Below are positions 1 to 6,672 of a stretch of 24,000 nucleotides of DNA, in pieces (the stretch's first letter is position 1; each line of letters starts with the position of its first letter). Both the position numbers and the translations under genes were made by a program. Source of the DNA: Ectothiorhodospiraceae bacterium (GTDB lineage: Bacteria > Pseudomonadota > Gammaproteobacteria > Nitrococcales > Halorhodospiraceae); the NCBI GenBank assembly GCA_003552625.1, contig PUNM01000072.1:1-24000 (forward strand), in the 5' to 3' direction. The notes beneath the pieces are model-generated. The model saw only the letters and a program-made list of their open reading frames with translations, had not been told where the DNA came from and made no database searches.

Positions 1-68
1 AGTGGCCGGCTGCCGCACCTTGGGGTGCGATACAGCGTCGGCGCAGGGGGCGCAGAGCCGCCGAGCGG

Positions 69-656
69 CTAGGCGATGGAGGAGTACGCCTCGGAAACGG
101 CCTGAGCGGGAAAGCATTTGCGCTCCGCGGCCACCAGCTCCTTGGAGGCGATCATGCGCAAGGGCGGGCTGGCGTCATCGAGGCATTCATAAAGCGCCCG
201 GCATTCGGGGACATAGGTGCGGGCGAAATCCGGGTCGTGATCCGCGATGGAGGACAGGTTGCTGGCCAGGTCGGCACACTTGATCGTCTGCACCCACCCG
301 GGGGCCTGACTGAGCTGCTCGCGGGCACGGGCCTTGCGCTCACTGCGCGGCTCGTCGTCGCGCAGGGCCGGGCAGCTGAGCCACAGCACGCCGGCGCGCA
401 CCCGCTCGCCAAACTGGGCGCAGAGCATCCCTGGCTGCAGCCCGGTATCCTCGACTGCGTCGTGGAGCCAGGCGGTGATCAGCGCGTCGGTCGCCGTGGT
501 GCCGAGGCGGGTCAGGGCGGCCACCTCCGCAAGGTGCTTCCAGTACGGTTCCCCGGTGTAGCGACGGTACTGATCGCGATGGATGTACATCGCCAGGGTG
601 ATCGCCTCGTAGAGGCGCTGCTCGTCGTGCGCGGATGCGGGCTGGGACTCGGTCAT
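69..656 (-). CDS. HD-domain metal-dependent phosphohydrolase, RelA/SpoT-hydrolase-like (candidate small alarmone hydrolase)
   Basis: ORF 69..731 (-). The motif YWKHLAEVAAL...ITAWLHDAVEDT...FGERV matches the H..HD..ED signature of SpoT/Mesh1-type HD domains. I place the start at the internal ATG at 656 (MTESQ...), because the 25 codons upstream are basic and low-complexity. The start is uncertain. Confidence 0.7.
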   Translation of the reverse strand: MTESQPASAHDEQRLYEAITLAMYIHRDQYRRYTGEPYWKHLAEVAALTRLGTTATDALITAWLHDAVEDTGLQPGMLCAQFGERVRAGVLWLSCPALRDDEPRSERKARAREQLSQAPGWVQTIKCADLASNLSSIADHDPDFARTYVPECRALYECLDDASPPLRMIASKELVAAERKCFPAQAVSEAYSSIA

Positions 657-751
657 CGGGTGTGGGCGCCTGTGGTGTCGCTGGGTGATGTTCAGCGCGC
701 TACTGTACCTTCTGTAGGGGAGAATGCCCACGCAGGGAATGCGCGGGTTCC

Positions 752-780
752 TTGTCGAGGAACTACGGATCCACTACAGT
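752..780 (+). promoter_or_regulatory. candidate sigma70 promoter for ssrA
   Basis: TTGTCG (752-757), a 17-nt spacer, then TACAGT (775-780). It ends 21 nt upstream of the mature tmRNA 5' end, which fits a short precursor leader. Each hexamer matches consensus at only 4 of 6 positions. Confidence 0.3.
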
Positions 781-801
781 GTCTACACGATTGAGACTTC
801 A

Positions 802-1160
802 GGGGGCGACATGGCTTCGACGCAGGTCGCGAAACCTGAGGTGCATGCCGAGGAGACAGTCAACCTCGTAAAAAAGGCTGTACCGTAAAAATAGTTGCCA
901 ACGACGACAACTACGCCCTGGCGGCTTAAAACCCGCCAGCTGCTCCCGGTCGGTGCCTGTGCCGGTCGACGAGCAGTCATAGACACAGGATAGCGCTGTC
1001 CGGATACGCCTGGTCCGACAGTGCGAAACCCAACGGGCTCGCTGTCGAGGCGCCCTGCCGGTCGGGCGCTCGACCGCTAAAAAGAATAGACGCGGCTAAG
1101 CATGTAGATCCTTGGGCGTAGCTCCTGCGGACGCGGGTTCGATTCCCGCCGCCTCCACCA
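802..1160 (+). ncRNA. ssrA: tmRNA (transfer-messenger RNA, one-piece)
   Basis: The 5' GGGGGCG pairs with the 3' CGCCUCC-ACCA, giving an acceptor stem with a G3:U pair. The 3' end GGACGCGGGTTCGATTCCCGCCGCCTCCACCA is a T-arm plus CCA. Conserved blocks GGCTTCGACG, GTGCATGCCGAGG and CTAAGCATGTAG are present, along with an internal tag reading frame. Confidence 0.93.
897..929 (+). other. tmRNA tag-peptide reading frame ANDDNYALAA-stop
   Basis: GCC AAC GAC GAC AAC TAC GCC CTG GCG GCT TAA. It has the typical proteobacterial xxxxxYALAA degradation tag and is preceded by an A-rich resume region (AAAAATAGTT). Confidence 0.85.
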
Positions 1161-1184
1161 GAAATCAACTACTTAGCTCCAAAA

Positions 1185-1224
1185 GTGGCAGTGAATTGGC
1201 CTCTGCGGACGTCGATTCTGCCAC
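1185..1224 (+). terminator. imperfect stem-loop downstream of ssrA (possible terminator or processing site)
   Basis: GTGGCAG(tg)AAT ... ATTCTGCCAC inverted repeat starting 25 nt after the CCA end. The loop is about 18 nt and no U-tract follows, so the call is weak. Confidence 0.25.
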
Positions 1225-1321
1225 ATGATCGACCACTTCCCCTCGCGCCGTAACGGGGTCATCACGAGCCGATGGGCAGCCCCGGCCGACGGCTTGGCCC
1301 ATCCATCCGGACGGTTTGCGG

Positions 1322-1876
1322 CTAGTTGGGCCCTTCTGAGGGCGACTCCAAAAGGCAGGTCAGCTGCTCGGCGCGCATGGGGCGGCCCAGCCCGAAGCCC
1401 TGTCCGCACCTGCAACCGAGCTCCTGAAGGAACCTTTGCTGTGTTGGTGTCTCGATACCCTCGGCGACGGTGCCCAGCCCCAGCCCTTCGGAGAGGTTGA
1501 CGGCGACCCGCAGCGCATGCCCCCGATCAAGCCAGGCTCGGGCCTGCTGTGCGGCTTCGGCGACTACCCACTGGCCCACGCTGTCGATCAGCCCGGAGTC
1601 CTCCAGCATCGGGATGAAAACGCCCAGGAAGATCGTCCCGCGCTCGGGGTGTTCCCAGCGCAACAGGGCTTCCGCGCCAAGTATGCGGCCCGAGGCGAGT
1701 TCGGCTTGTGGCTGGTAGGCGAGGTAGAGCTCGCCGCGTGCCACGGCGTCGCGAAGATCCGCCTGTAGGCTGAGTTGTTCGCGAAGTCGGGCGTTTGCCT
1801 CGGTCTCGGCGGACTTGATCGTCGAGGCACCGGAGGCCACGGCGTGGCCAAGAGCGGCTTCCGCCAGCGCTGACAC
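1322..1876 (-). pseudogene. degenerate, internally deleted EAL-domain (c-di-GMP phosphodiesterase) remnant with an N-terminal hydrophobic segment
   Basis: ORF 1322..2134 (-). It aligns to the EAL domain through ELYLAYQP..GAEALLRWEHP..FIPMLEDSGLI..AVNLS. It then jumps straight to LGLGTVAEGIET..LGCRCGQGF. The central ~120 aa that normally carry the E(I/L)TE, DDFGTGYSS and KxD motifs are missing, although the frame is kept. Codons upstream of ~1876 have clearly lower third-position GC by hand count and run antisense into the pyp start. I therefore end the feature at the GTG at 1876. The true 5' end is unknown. Confidence 0.55.
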
Positions 1877-2042
1877 AAGAGTGAGGATAAGGGATATGCC
1901 TAGGGCGGTTACAGTCGCCGGGCAGGGTGATGGTAGGCAGGCGCCTCGCCCTGTACGCTCTTCAAGTACGGGTATGGTCGCTTGTCGGCGGAGCCGCTGT
2001 GGCCCTCCAGGATAAACAAAGGCGGAAAGGAGGATAATGGGC

Positions 2043-2465
2043 ATGGAGCACATCACCTTCGGGAGTGCCGACATCGAGAACGCCCTTGCAGGACTCGCGC
2101 AGGAGGAGTTCGACCGGTTGCCGTTCGGGGCCATTCAGGTGGACGAGCGCGGGACCATCCTGCGCTACAACGCCACGGAAGGGGCGCTTGTCGGCTACGA
2201 CCCCGAGGCGATGATCGGCCTGAACTTTTTCCGGGATGTGGCTCCCTGCACGGATTCACCAGCCTTCTATGGGCGTTTCCAGGAGGGGGTGGCGCGACGC
2301 GATCTCAATGTCCTTTTCGAGTACACCTTCGAGAAAGAGGATGTGGCCCCATTGCGGGTCAAGGTACAGATGAAACGGGCGCTCGGCGGCGATACCTATT
2401 GGATCTTCGTCAAGAGGGTTCTGCCGTTCGGGCAACCGCGGGCGATGGAGCCGGCAGGCGCTTAG
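2043..2465 (+). CDS. pyp: photoactive yellow protein (stand-alone PAS-fold blue-light photoreceptor)
   Basis: [13 protein letters not shown]...[18 protein letters not shown]...[17 protein letters not shown]...YWIFVKRV is colinear with H. halophila PYP as I recall it, at about 60% identity by hand alignment. Y42, E46 and the chromophore-binding C69 are conserved. The start is set at the second ATG (2043), where AAGGAGG (2027-2033) lies 9 nt upstream. The ATG at 2037 has only a 3-nt spacer. Confidence 0.9.
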   Translation: MEHITFGSADIENALAGLAQEEFDRLPFGAIQVDERGTILRYNATEGALVGYDPEAMIGLNFFRDVAPCTDSPAFYGRFQEGVARRDLNVLFEYTFEKEDVAPLRVKVQMKRALGGDTYWIFVKRVLPFGQPRAMEPAGA

Positions 2466-2477
2466 ACCTGGTTTTGT

Positions 2478-3863
2478 TCACGGCCGCAGAACGACCCGAT
2501 TGCGCCCCCGGCGTTTGGCCTCGTAGAGGGCGGCGTCGGCCCGCTGGATGACGGCCTCGGCGTCCGTTTCGCCGCGATGTTCCGTGACGCCGGCACTGAT
2601 CGTCACCGCCGCGTGGTCATCAAGCCGTGCCTGTTCCACCTGCCCGCGGAGCGTCTCGGCGATCTGCCGGGCATCGTTGGCGGTCGTTTCCGGGAGGAGG
2701 ACGAGGAATTCCTCGCCGCCCCACCGGACGACGAGGTCTGTTTTCCGGCAGCGCGCCTCGATGATCCGGCCGATCTGGCGCAAAAGTCGGTCGCCGTGCT
2801 GGTGGCCGTAGCGGTCGTTGTGCGCCTTGAAATGGTCGATGTCGAGCATGATGACCGCGTAAGGGGTGCCGAGCCGTTCCGCACGGGCCTGCTCATGGGT
2901 CAGGACCGGGTCCAGGCGGCGTCGGTTGGCCAGGCCGGTGAGCGGGTCGTAGTGGGCCTGGCGCTCGAGTTCCGCCTCCAGTTCCTTCTGGCGCGTGATG
3001 TCGTTGAGGTAGCCGAGCAGGGCGACGACGCGCCCGCACTCGTCGTGCTCGATCAGGCTCGATTCCTGTACCCAGCGGTATTCGCCGTCGCGATGCCGGG
3101 TGCGGTAGGGAGATGGCTGAAAATAGGTACGGGGATCCGTGGAGCTGGTAACTGCGTCGGTCTCCTCGCTGACTAGCCGCGCCTGGTCATCAGGATGCAC
3201 CAGTTCGATGAAGTCGCGTGGAGGAGTGGTGAGAGCTTCAGGCCGGTAGCCGAGAATCGGTTCGACGTTATCCGACGCGAAGCGGATCGGCCACCGGCCA
3301 ATGATGGGGTCCCACCGAAAGACCATGGTTGGACCGGTTACAAAGAGACGGCGCTCCCGCTCAAGAGCCAGACGGATCCTGCGCAACTCCAGTTCGTCCG
3401 TGACGATGCCGCTAAACTTTTGAAGGATCCGGAGTTGGCGACTGGACAGCTCCCGGGGGGTCCGGTCTTTGATGCAAATGGCTCCGATCGGCTGTGCGTC
3501 CTTCGACCACAGGGGTACGCCGGCGTAAAAGCGAACAGGCGGTTCTTGGGTAGCGAGCGGATGATTACGGAACGTCTCGCTCTGCCAGGTGTCTGTAATC
3601 ACGAGGGCTTCACCCGAGTGCACGGGGTAGGCGCAGAGCGATGCATCGCGCGGCTGTTCCTGTGCTTCAAGGCCCAGCGAGGCCAGGTACCACTCGCGGT
3701 CACGGTCGAGAAGGGAGATGGCCGCCATGGGCGTTTCGAATACGGCGCCCAGAAGCTGAGCAAGCCGCTGGAACGCTGGCTCGGGTTCCGCGTCGAGCGC
3801 CTCGTAGCGTTCCAGCGCGGCCAGGCGATGCGCTTCGCTATCCGGGGGATTAGGCTGATGCAT
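2478..3863 (-). CDS. GAF-PAS-GGDEF diguanylate cyclase
   Basis: 461-aa ORF. The N-terminal GAF domain shows RLAALERYEALD...ISLLDRDREWYLAS...RFYAGVPL. A central PAS domain follows (FRWDP...LGYRPEAL...HPDD...GEYRW). The C-terminal GGDEF domain has an intact GGEEF active site and an RxxD I-site (RKTD) five residues upstream. Confidence 0.9.
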   Translation of the reverse strand: MHQPNPPDSEAHRLAALERYEALDAEPEPAFQRLAQLLGAVFETPMAAISLLDRDREWYLASLGLEAQEQPRDASLCAYPVHSGEALVITDTWQSETFRNHPLATQEPPVRFYAGVPLWSKDAQPIGAICIKDRTPRELSSRQLRILQKFSGIVTDELELRRIRLALERERRLFVTGPTMVFRWDPIIGRWPIRFASDNVEPILGYRPEALTTPPRDFIELVHPDDQARLVSEETDAVTSSTDPRTYFQPSPYRTRHRDGEYRWVQESSLIEHDECGRVVALLGYLNDITRQKELEAELERQAHYDPLTGLANRRRLDPVLTHEQARAERLGTPYAVIMLDIDHFKAHNDRYGHQHGDRLLRQIGRIIEARCRKTDLVVRWGGEEFLVLLPETTANDARQIAETLRGQVEQARLDDHAAVTISAGVTEHRGETDAEAVIQRADAALYEAKRRGRNRVVLRP

Positions 3864-4021
3864 AGGCGCTCAAGGTGGTGTCGAGGGGAGATTCCTGGAC
3901 CGCTTACAGGTCAGTGTGGCGGTAGAATCCCCCACGGGCAAATGGCTGAGCGTGACCAGGGAGTCGCGGCCCTGAACCGGCTAAGGACCGAGCATTCCGG
4001 GATCAAGGGGGCAACAATCCG

Positions 4022-4411
4022 ATGACAGTTTCCGAAAAGCGGCCGGTGGTCCTCTACGACGGCCAGTGCCCCGTCTGTAAGCGTGAGATCAACCTCTACC
4101 AGCGCATCGACCGGGACGGGGCCGTTGAATGGCGGGATTTGCACGCCCCGGGCGCGCTAGAAGGCACCGGATTGAGCTGGGAACAGGCGATGAAGCGCTT
4201 TCACTGCCTGGATGTGGATGGCCGTTTGCGCGGTGGTGTCGATGCGTTTACGCTCGTCTGGAGCTACTTGCCCTACTGGCGGTGGCTCGCCTACATCGTT
4301 CGTGGTCTCGGCCTTAAACGACTGCTGGAGCCGCTCTATATCCAGTTCGCAAAGCGCCGCTATCGGCGCCGATGCAACCCGGAGCACGGCTGCGCCGGAC
4401 CGCCGCAGTAG
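4022..4411 (+). CDS. thiol-disulfide oxidoreductase, DCC family (DUF393)
   Basis: 129-aa ORF with the N-terminal YDGQCPVCKREI motif (DxxCxxC), as in DCC-family proteins. Confidence 0.75.
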   Translation: MTVSEKRPVVLYDGQCPVCKREINLYQRIDRDGAVEWRDLHAPGALEGTGLSWEQAMKRFHCLDVDGRLRGGVDAFTLVWSYLPYWRWLAYIVRGLGLKRLLEPLYIQFAKRRYRRRCNPEHGCAGPPQ

Positions 4412-4471
4412 GGCGCGACGGTCTTCACCCCCGTAGCCGGTGATAACGCAGGAGAGAGGGACGGACTACCG

Positions 4472-4966
4472 TTAAACCTTGTGCTTGAGCAGCCGCTCGC
4501 GCTGGCGCTGCCAATCCTGCTCTTTCTTGTCGGCCCGCTTGTCGTGTTTCTTCTTGCCCTTGGCAAGGCCGATCTCCAGCTTGGCCCGGCCGCGCTTCCA
4601 GTAAAGCTTGAGCGGCACCACCGTATAGCCTGCCCGGTCCACTGACCCCGCAAGCCGGGCGATCTCCCGCCGATGGAGCAGCAGCTTACGCGTGCGGGTA
4701 GGGTCGGGGCGGACGTGCGTGGAGGCCGTCGCAAGCGGAGTGATATTGCATCCAATGAGCCACGCTTCGCCCCGGCGGACGATTACGTGGCTCTCGGTCA
4801 GGTTCACCCGCTTGGCACGCAGCGACTTGACCTCCCAGCCCTCCAGGGCGAGGCCGGCCTCCAGGCGCTCCTCGATGAAGAAGTCGAAGCCAGCCTTGCG
4901 GTTGACGGCGACGACGTTGTCCTGACTTTGCTTGTCTTTTCCGGCTTTTTTGCTCACGGCGCGCAT
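4472..4966 (-). CDS. smpB: SsrA-binding protein SmpB
   Basis: ORF 4472..5092 (-). The start is set at the internal ATG at 4966 ([10 protein letters not shown]...), giving 164 aa. Typical SmpB blocks are present: [37 protein letters not shown] and [26 protein letters not shown]. Confidence 0.92.
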   Translation of the reverse strand: MRAVSKKAGKDKQSQDNVVAVNRKAGFDFFIEERLEAGLALEGWEVKSLRAKRVNLTESHVIVRRGEAWLIGCNITPLATASTHVRPDPTRTRKLLLHRREIARLAGSVDRAGYTVVPLKLYWKRGRAKLEIGLAKGKKKHDKRADKKEQDWQRQRERLLKHKV

Positions 4967-5081
4967 TGTACGGGTCGGCGCCGATTGCGCAAAGCGCCCA
5001 CCCACAGGAGGTTGCCGGGCGGAGCATGGATCGTGACAATAGCGCCCCGGATTCCCAGGACCGAGGAGCGGGAAGCGCCCC

Positions 5082-5528
5082 ATGACGACCATCAGCCGCA
5101 GCGAACTCGTCCCCTACACGGCCGTTGAGATTTACGACCTGGTCAATGATGTGGTCCGTTATCCGGAGTTCATCCCCTGGTGTAAAGAGTGCGAGATCAT
5201 CACCACCAGCGAGGATACAACGCGGGCGCGCATGACCTTTGCTAAGGGGGGTATGGAGAAATCCTTCGTCACGCACAACCGCCATCAGCGGGGCAAGATG
5301 ATCGATATCCGCCTCGTCGAGGGGCCGTTTCGACGTCTGGAGGGGTACTGGCGCTTCCGGGATCTCGGCGATAGTGCGTCCAAGGTAACGTTGGATATGG
5401 AGTTCGAGTTCTCCAACCGGATCGTTGCCTACGCCTTCGGCAAGGTCTTTACCCAGGTGGCAAACACGCTGGTGGACTCGTTCATCAAGCGGGCGGAGGA
5501 GATCTATGGTAAGCGTGACCTCCTCTAG
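5082..5528 (+). CDS. ratA: SRPBCC-fold RatA/PasT (Coq10-like) protein
   Basis: 148 aa. The sequence [28 protein letters not shown] is typical of RatA/YfjG. It is divergent from smpB and followed by rnfH, as in E. coli. Confidence 0.85.
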   Translation: MTTISRSELVPYTAVEIYDLVNDVVRYPEFIPWCKECEIITTSEDTTRARMTFAKGGMEKSFVTHNRHQRGKMIDIRLVEGPFRRLEGYWRFRDLGDSASKVTLDMEFEFSNRIVAYAFGKVFTQVANTLVDSFIKRAEEIYGKRDLL

Positions 5529-5841
5529 CCCGGAGGGCAGTAAACACGCATCGCGGCTGCAGATCGAGGTTGCCTACGCACTCCCGCGTCAGCAGACGGT
5601 ACTTCGTCTTGAACTGATCGAAGGAAGTACCGTCGGGGACGCAGTGAACGCCTCCGGGATTCTGGAGCGCCACCCGGAGATCGATCTGACGCAGCAGTCC
5701 GTCGGTGTCTTCGGTCAGATGGTGGGGCTGGACACGCCGCTCCACGATGGTGACCGCGTGGAGATCTACCGGCCCCTGCAGGTCGATCCCAAGGAGGCGC
5801 GCAAGCGCCGCGCGGCGCGGCGGCAGGAAGAGCAGGGCTAG
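5506..5841 (+). CDS. rnfH: RnfH-family ubiquitin-like (beta-grasp) protein (YfjF/UPF0125)
   Basis: The ORF 5425..5841 frame contains IEVAYALPRQQ...GDRVEIYRPLQVDPKEARKRRA, a YfjF/RnfH signature. The start is set at ATG 5506, which has GGAGGA 5 nt upstream. It overlaps the ratA 3' end by 23 nt. Confidence 0.8.
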   Translation: MVSVTSSSPEGSKHASRLQIEVAYALPRQQTVLRLELIEGSTVGDAVNASGILERHPEIDLTQQSVGVFGQMVGLDTPLHDGDRVEIYRPLQVDPKEARKRRAARRQEEQG

Positions 5842-6182
5842 CGCTCGGTCCAGCGGTCCTCGATCTCGACGACGGTATCGTCCTCGAAGAAGAGCGTCAG
5901 CCGCTTGCGCTGCTCTTCGCTGCCGCGCCGCTCGTAGAGGTAGTCCCAGCGGTTTTCGGCAAAGGCGTGCTCGAGGACGGGCTCGCCGAGTATGCGCCGG
6001 ACGTCCGCCCGGCTCATGCCCTCTTCGACGCGGGCGATATCCTCGTCCTCGAGCAGGTTCCCTTGTTCGACCTCAAGCGGCTGCGCGAACGGGAATTGCC
6101 CGCCGCAACCCGCCAGCAGTACGGCCGCGGAAAAGTATAATAAGAATAACTTGCATTTGGATGGTATCGTCATGCCAAGCAT
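5838..6182 (-). CDS. bamE: outer-membrane protein assembly factor BamE (SmpA/OmlA lipoprotein)
   Basis: 114 aa. It has a lipoprotein signal peptide with the lipobox LLAGC, followed by the SmpA/OmlA motif GMSRADVRRILGEP. Divergent fur is the same arrangement as Pseudomonas omlA-fur. An alternative ATG lies at 6173. Confidence 0.85.
   Translation of the reverse strand: MLGMTIPSKCKLFLLYFSAAVLLAGCGGQFPFAQPLEVEQGNLLEDEDIARVEEGMSRADVRRILGEPVLEHAFAENRWDYLYERRGSEEQRKRLTLFFEDDTVVEIEDRWTER
6136..6154 (+). promoter_or_regulatory. candidate fur promoter -10 (perfect TATAAT, 6136-6141) overlapping a Fur-box-like 19-mer
   Basis: TATAATAAGAATAACTTGC matches the Fur consensus GATAATGATAATCATTATC at 12 of 19 positions by hand. 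It lies about 75-90 nt upstream of the fur GTG, inside the bamE signal-peptide codons. I found no convincing -35 element. Confidence 0.35.
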
Positions 6183-6227
6183 GGTAGCCTAATGGGCATA
6201 CCGACCAACAGTGGTTGAGGGGGAGCT

Positions 6228-6665
6228 GTGGACGCAGGTGGCTTACGCAAGGCGGGCCTGAAGGTCACACTGCCAAGGATGAAGATCCTGGAGGTGCTGC
6301 AGGCGAGCGAGCAGCGTCATGTATCGGCGGAAGAGGTCTACCGCGCTCTGCTCGACGCCGGCGAGGACATTGGCCTCGCCACGGTCTACCGGGTGCTTAC
6401 GCAGTTTGAGACGGCCGGCCTCCTGGTGCGACATAACTTCCAGGGCAGTCATTCCGTCTTCGAGCTCAACAACACCTCCCACCACGACCACATCGTCTGT
6501 GTCGAGTGTGGCCGGGTGGAAGAGTTTATCGACGAGACGATCGAGCAACGCCAGCGGGAGACGGCAAAAGAGCATAGCTTTCGCATGACCGGGCATTCGC
6601 TCGTGCTCTATGGGGTCTGCGCGACTTGCCGGGAGGCATCTGCCGACGAGTTCAGTGCCGGCTAG
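6228..6665 (+). CDS. fur: ferric uptake regulator Fur
   Basis: 145 aa with a GTG start and GAGGGGGA upstream. It is colinear with E. coli Fur: LRKAGLKVTLPRMKILEVL, HVSAEEVY, IGLATVYRVLTQFETAGL, HHDHIVCVECGRVEEF. Confidence 0.93.
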   Translation: MDAGGLRKAGLKVTLPRMKILEVLQASEQRHVSAEEVYRALLDAGEDIGLATVYRVLTQFETAGLLVRHNFQGSHSVFELNNTSHHDHIVCVECGRVEEFIDETIEQRQRETAKEHSFRMTGHSLVLYGVCATCREASADEFSAG

Positions 6666-6672
6666 GGCCAGC

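Noticed and set aside
2-283. Plus-strand ORFs at the left edge (2..283, 237..794, 334..561).
   Set aside because: They lie antisense to the HD-domain gene, have Arg/Pro-rich translations and contain no motifs.
1137-1160. A second copy of the tmRNA 3' end (an att-like direct repeat) that would delimit an integrated island.
   Set aside because: I scanned by eye for TTCGATTCC and CCTCCACCA-like strings and found only unrelated partial matches inside genes (for example near 7123 and 18980). No integrase is present.
2037-2042. The upstream ATG at 2037 as the pyp start (MGMEH...).
   Set aside because: Only 3 nt separate AAGGAGG from this ATG. The ATG at 2043 has a 9-nt spacer and reproduces the canonical MEH N-terminus of PYP.
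3864-4021. A possible riboswitch, such as a c-di-GMP GEMM-I element (GGGCAAA at 3936-3942), in the 158-bp divergent region between the cyclase and the DCC gene.
   Set aside because: Only one short conserved-looking string is present. I could find neither the second conserved GEMM block (GGGACGCAAAGCC-like) nor a convincing paired structure. A covariance-model scan would be needed.
5082-5841. ratA-rnfH as a toxin-antitoxin module or defence element.
   Set aside because: The pair sits in its universally conserved housekeeping position between smpB and bamE. The TA interpretation of RatA is disputed, and nothing in the sequence marks it as accessory.
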